This document shows, in pieces, positions 63,637 through 64,000 of a stretch of DNA of 64,000 bases. The DNA comes from Eledone cirrhosa. Lineage: Eukaryota. Both the position numbers and the translations under genes were made by a program. Positions within the stretch are counted from its first letter, which is position 1; each line of letters begins with the position of its first letter. The stretch is taken from contig OZ024750.1 in NCBI GenBank assembly GCA_964016885.1, positions 31,434,001-31,498,000 on the forward strand, read 5' to 3'. A model generated the notes under the pieces. That model was not told where the DNA came from, made no database searches, and saw nothing but the letters and a program-made list of their open reading frames with translations.

Positions 63637-64000
63637 GACGTGCATGGTTATAGGAACAGGAAGGAGAACCGTACGAACCCGCATGCGCAGAAACTCGGTC
63701 ACTTCACACAGGTAATACTAGACTGCGGGCGAGAGGTGTAAGGGAGATAACTGCGAAAGTCCGAAAGTTTTTAGGTTGAAAATAAAATTAAAATAAAATT
63801 AAAAATAAAATTACAAAGAGTCAGTCCGGAGCCTTGTAGTTATGCAGTAACTGTTGTTTAACCACTTCTACCTAACTCGTCCCTTGGACTGAGTGCTCTA
63901 CCACTACGGATATTACCTTCCAGTGTTCCACCACTATATATATATATATATTATTATGTATTAAACAACATACCAGTGGTTTCCTAAAAGCAAAAGGTTT

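Overview
AT-rich eukaryotic intergenic or intronic DNA. It is probably from an octopod cephalopod, inferred from the SINE families and the very dense (TA)n/(TG)n/(TC)n microsatellites. No host protein-coding exon could be supported. The window is a transposon mosaic: more than 25 copies of a tRNA-derived Nin-domain SINE (two young subfamilies, many with TSDs), one 5'-truncated but open Tx1/L1-clade LINE ORF2, three CRE-clade restriction-like-endonuclease fragments, a non-autonomous Helitron, an RTE-like 5' end with an HDV-like ribozyme remnant, and several Penelope-like element (PLE) remnants with RT-thumb or GIY-YIG coding. The most striking signal, found by folding by eye, is about 20 type I hammerhead ribozyme (HHR) motifs from at least 12 sequence-unrelated short families, almost all embedded in microsatellites. 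They occur (i) as fold-back inverted duplications whose junctions fall inside the ribozyme and (ii) as terminally redundant non-coding units of about 201, 338, 514 and 519 nt holding a single HHR, the pattern expected for retrozymes copied from circular or multimeric RNA. Several families carry non-canonical cores (CAGAAGA, UUGAAAA, CUGAUGU). The PLE-HHR link is known in general; these particular families, variant cores and junction patterns are candidates for undescribed biology. All structures are manual predictions and untested.
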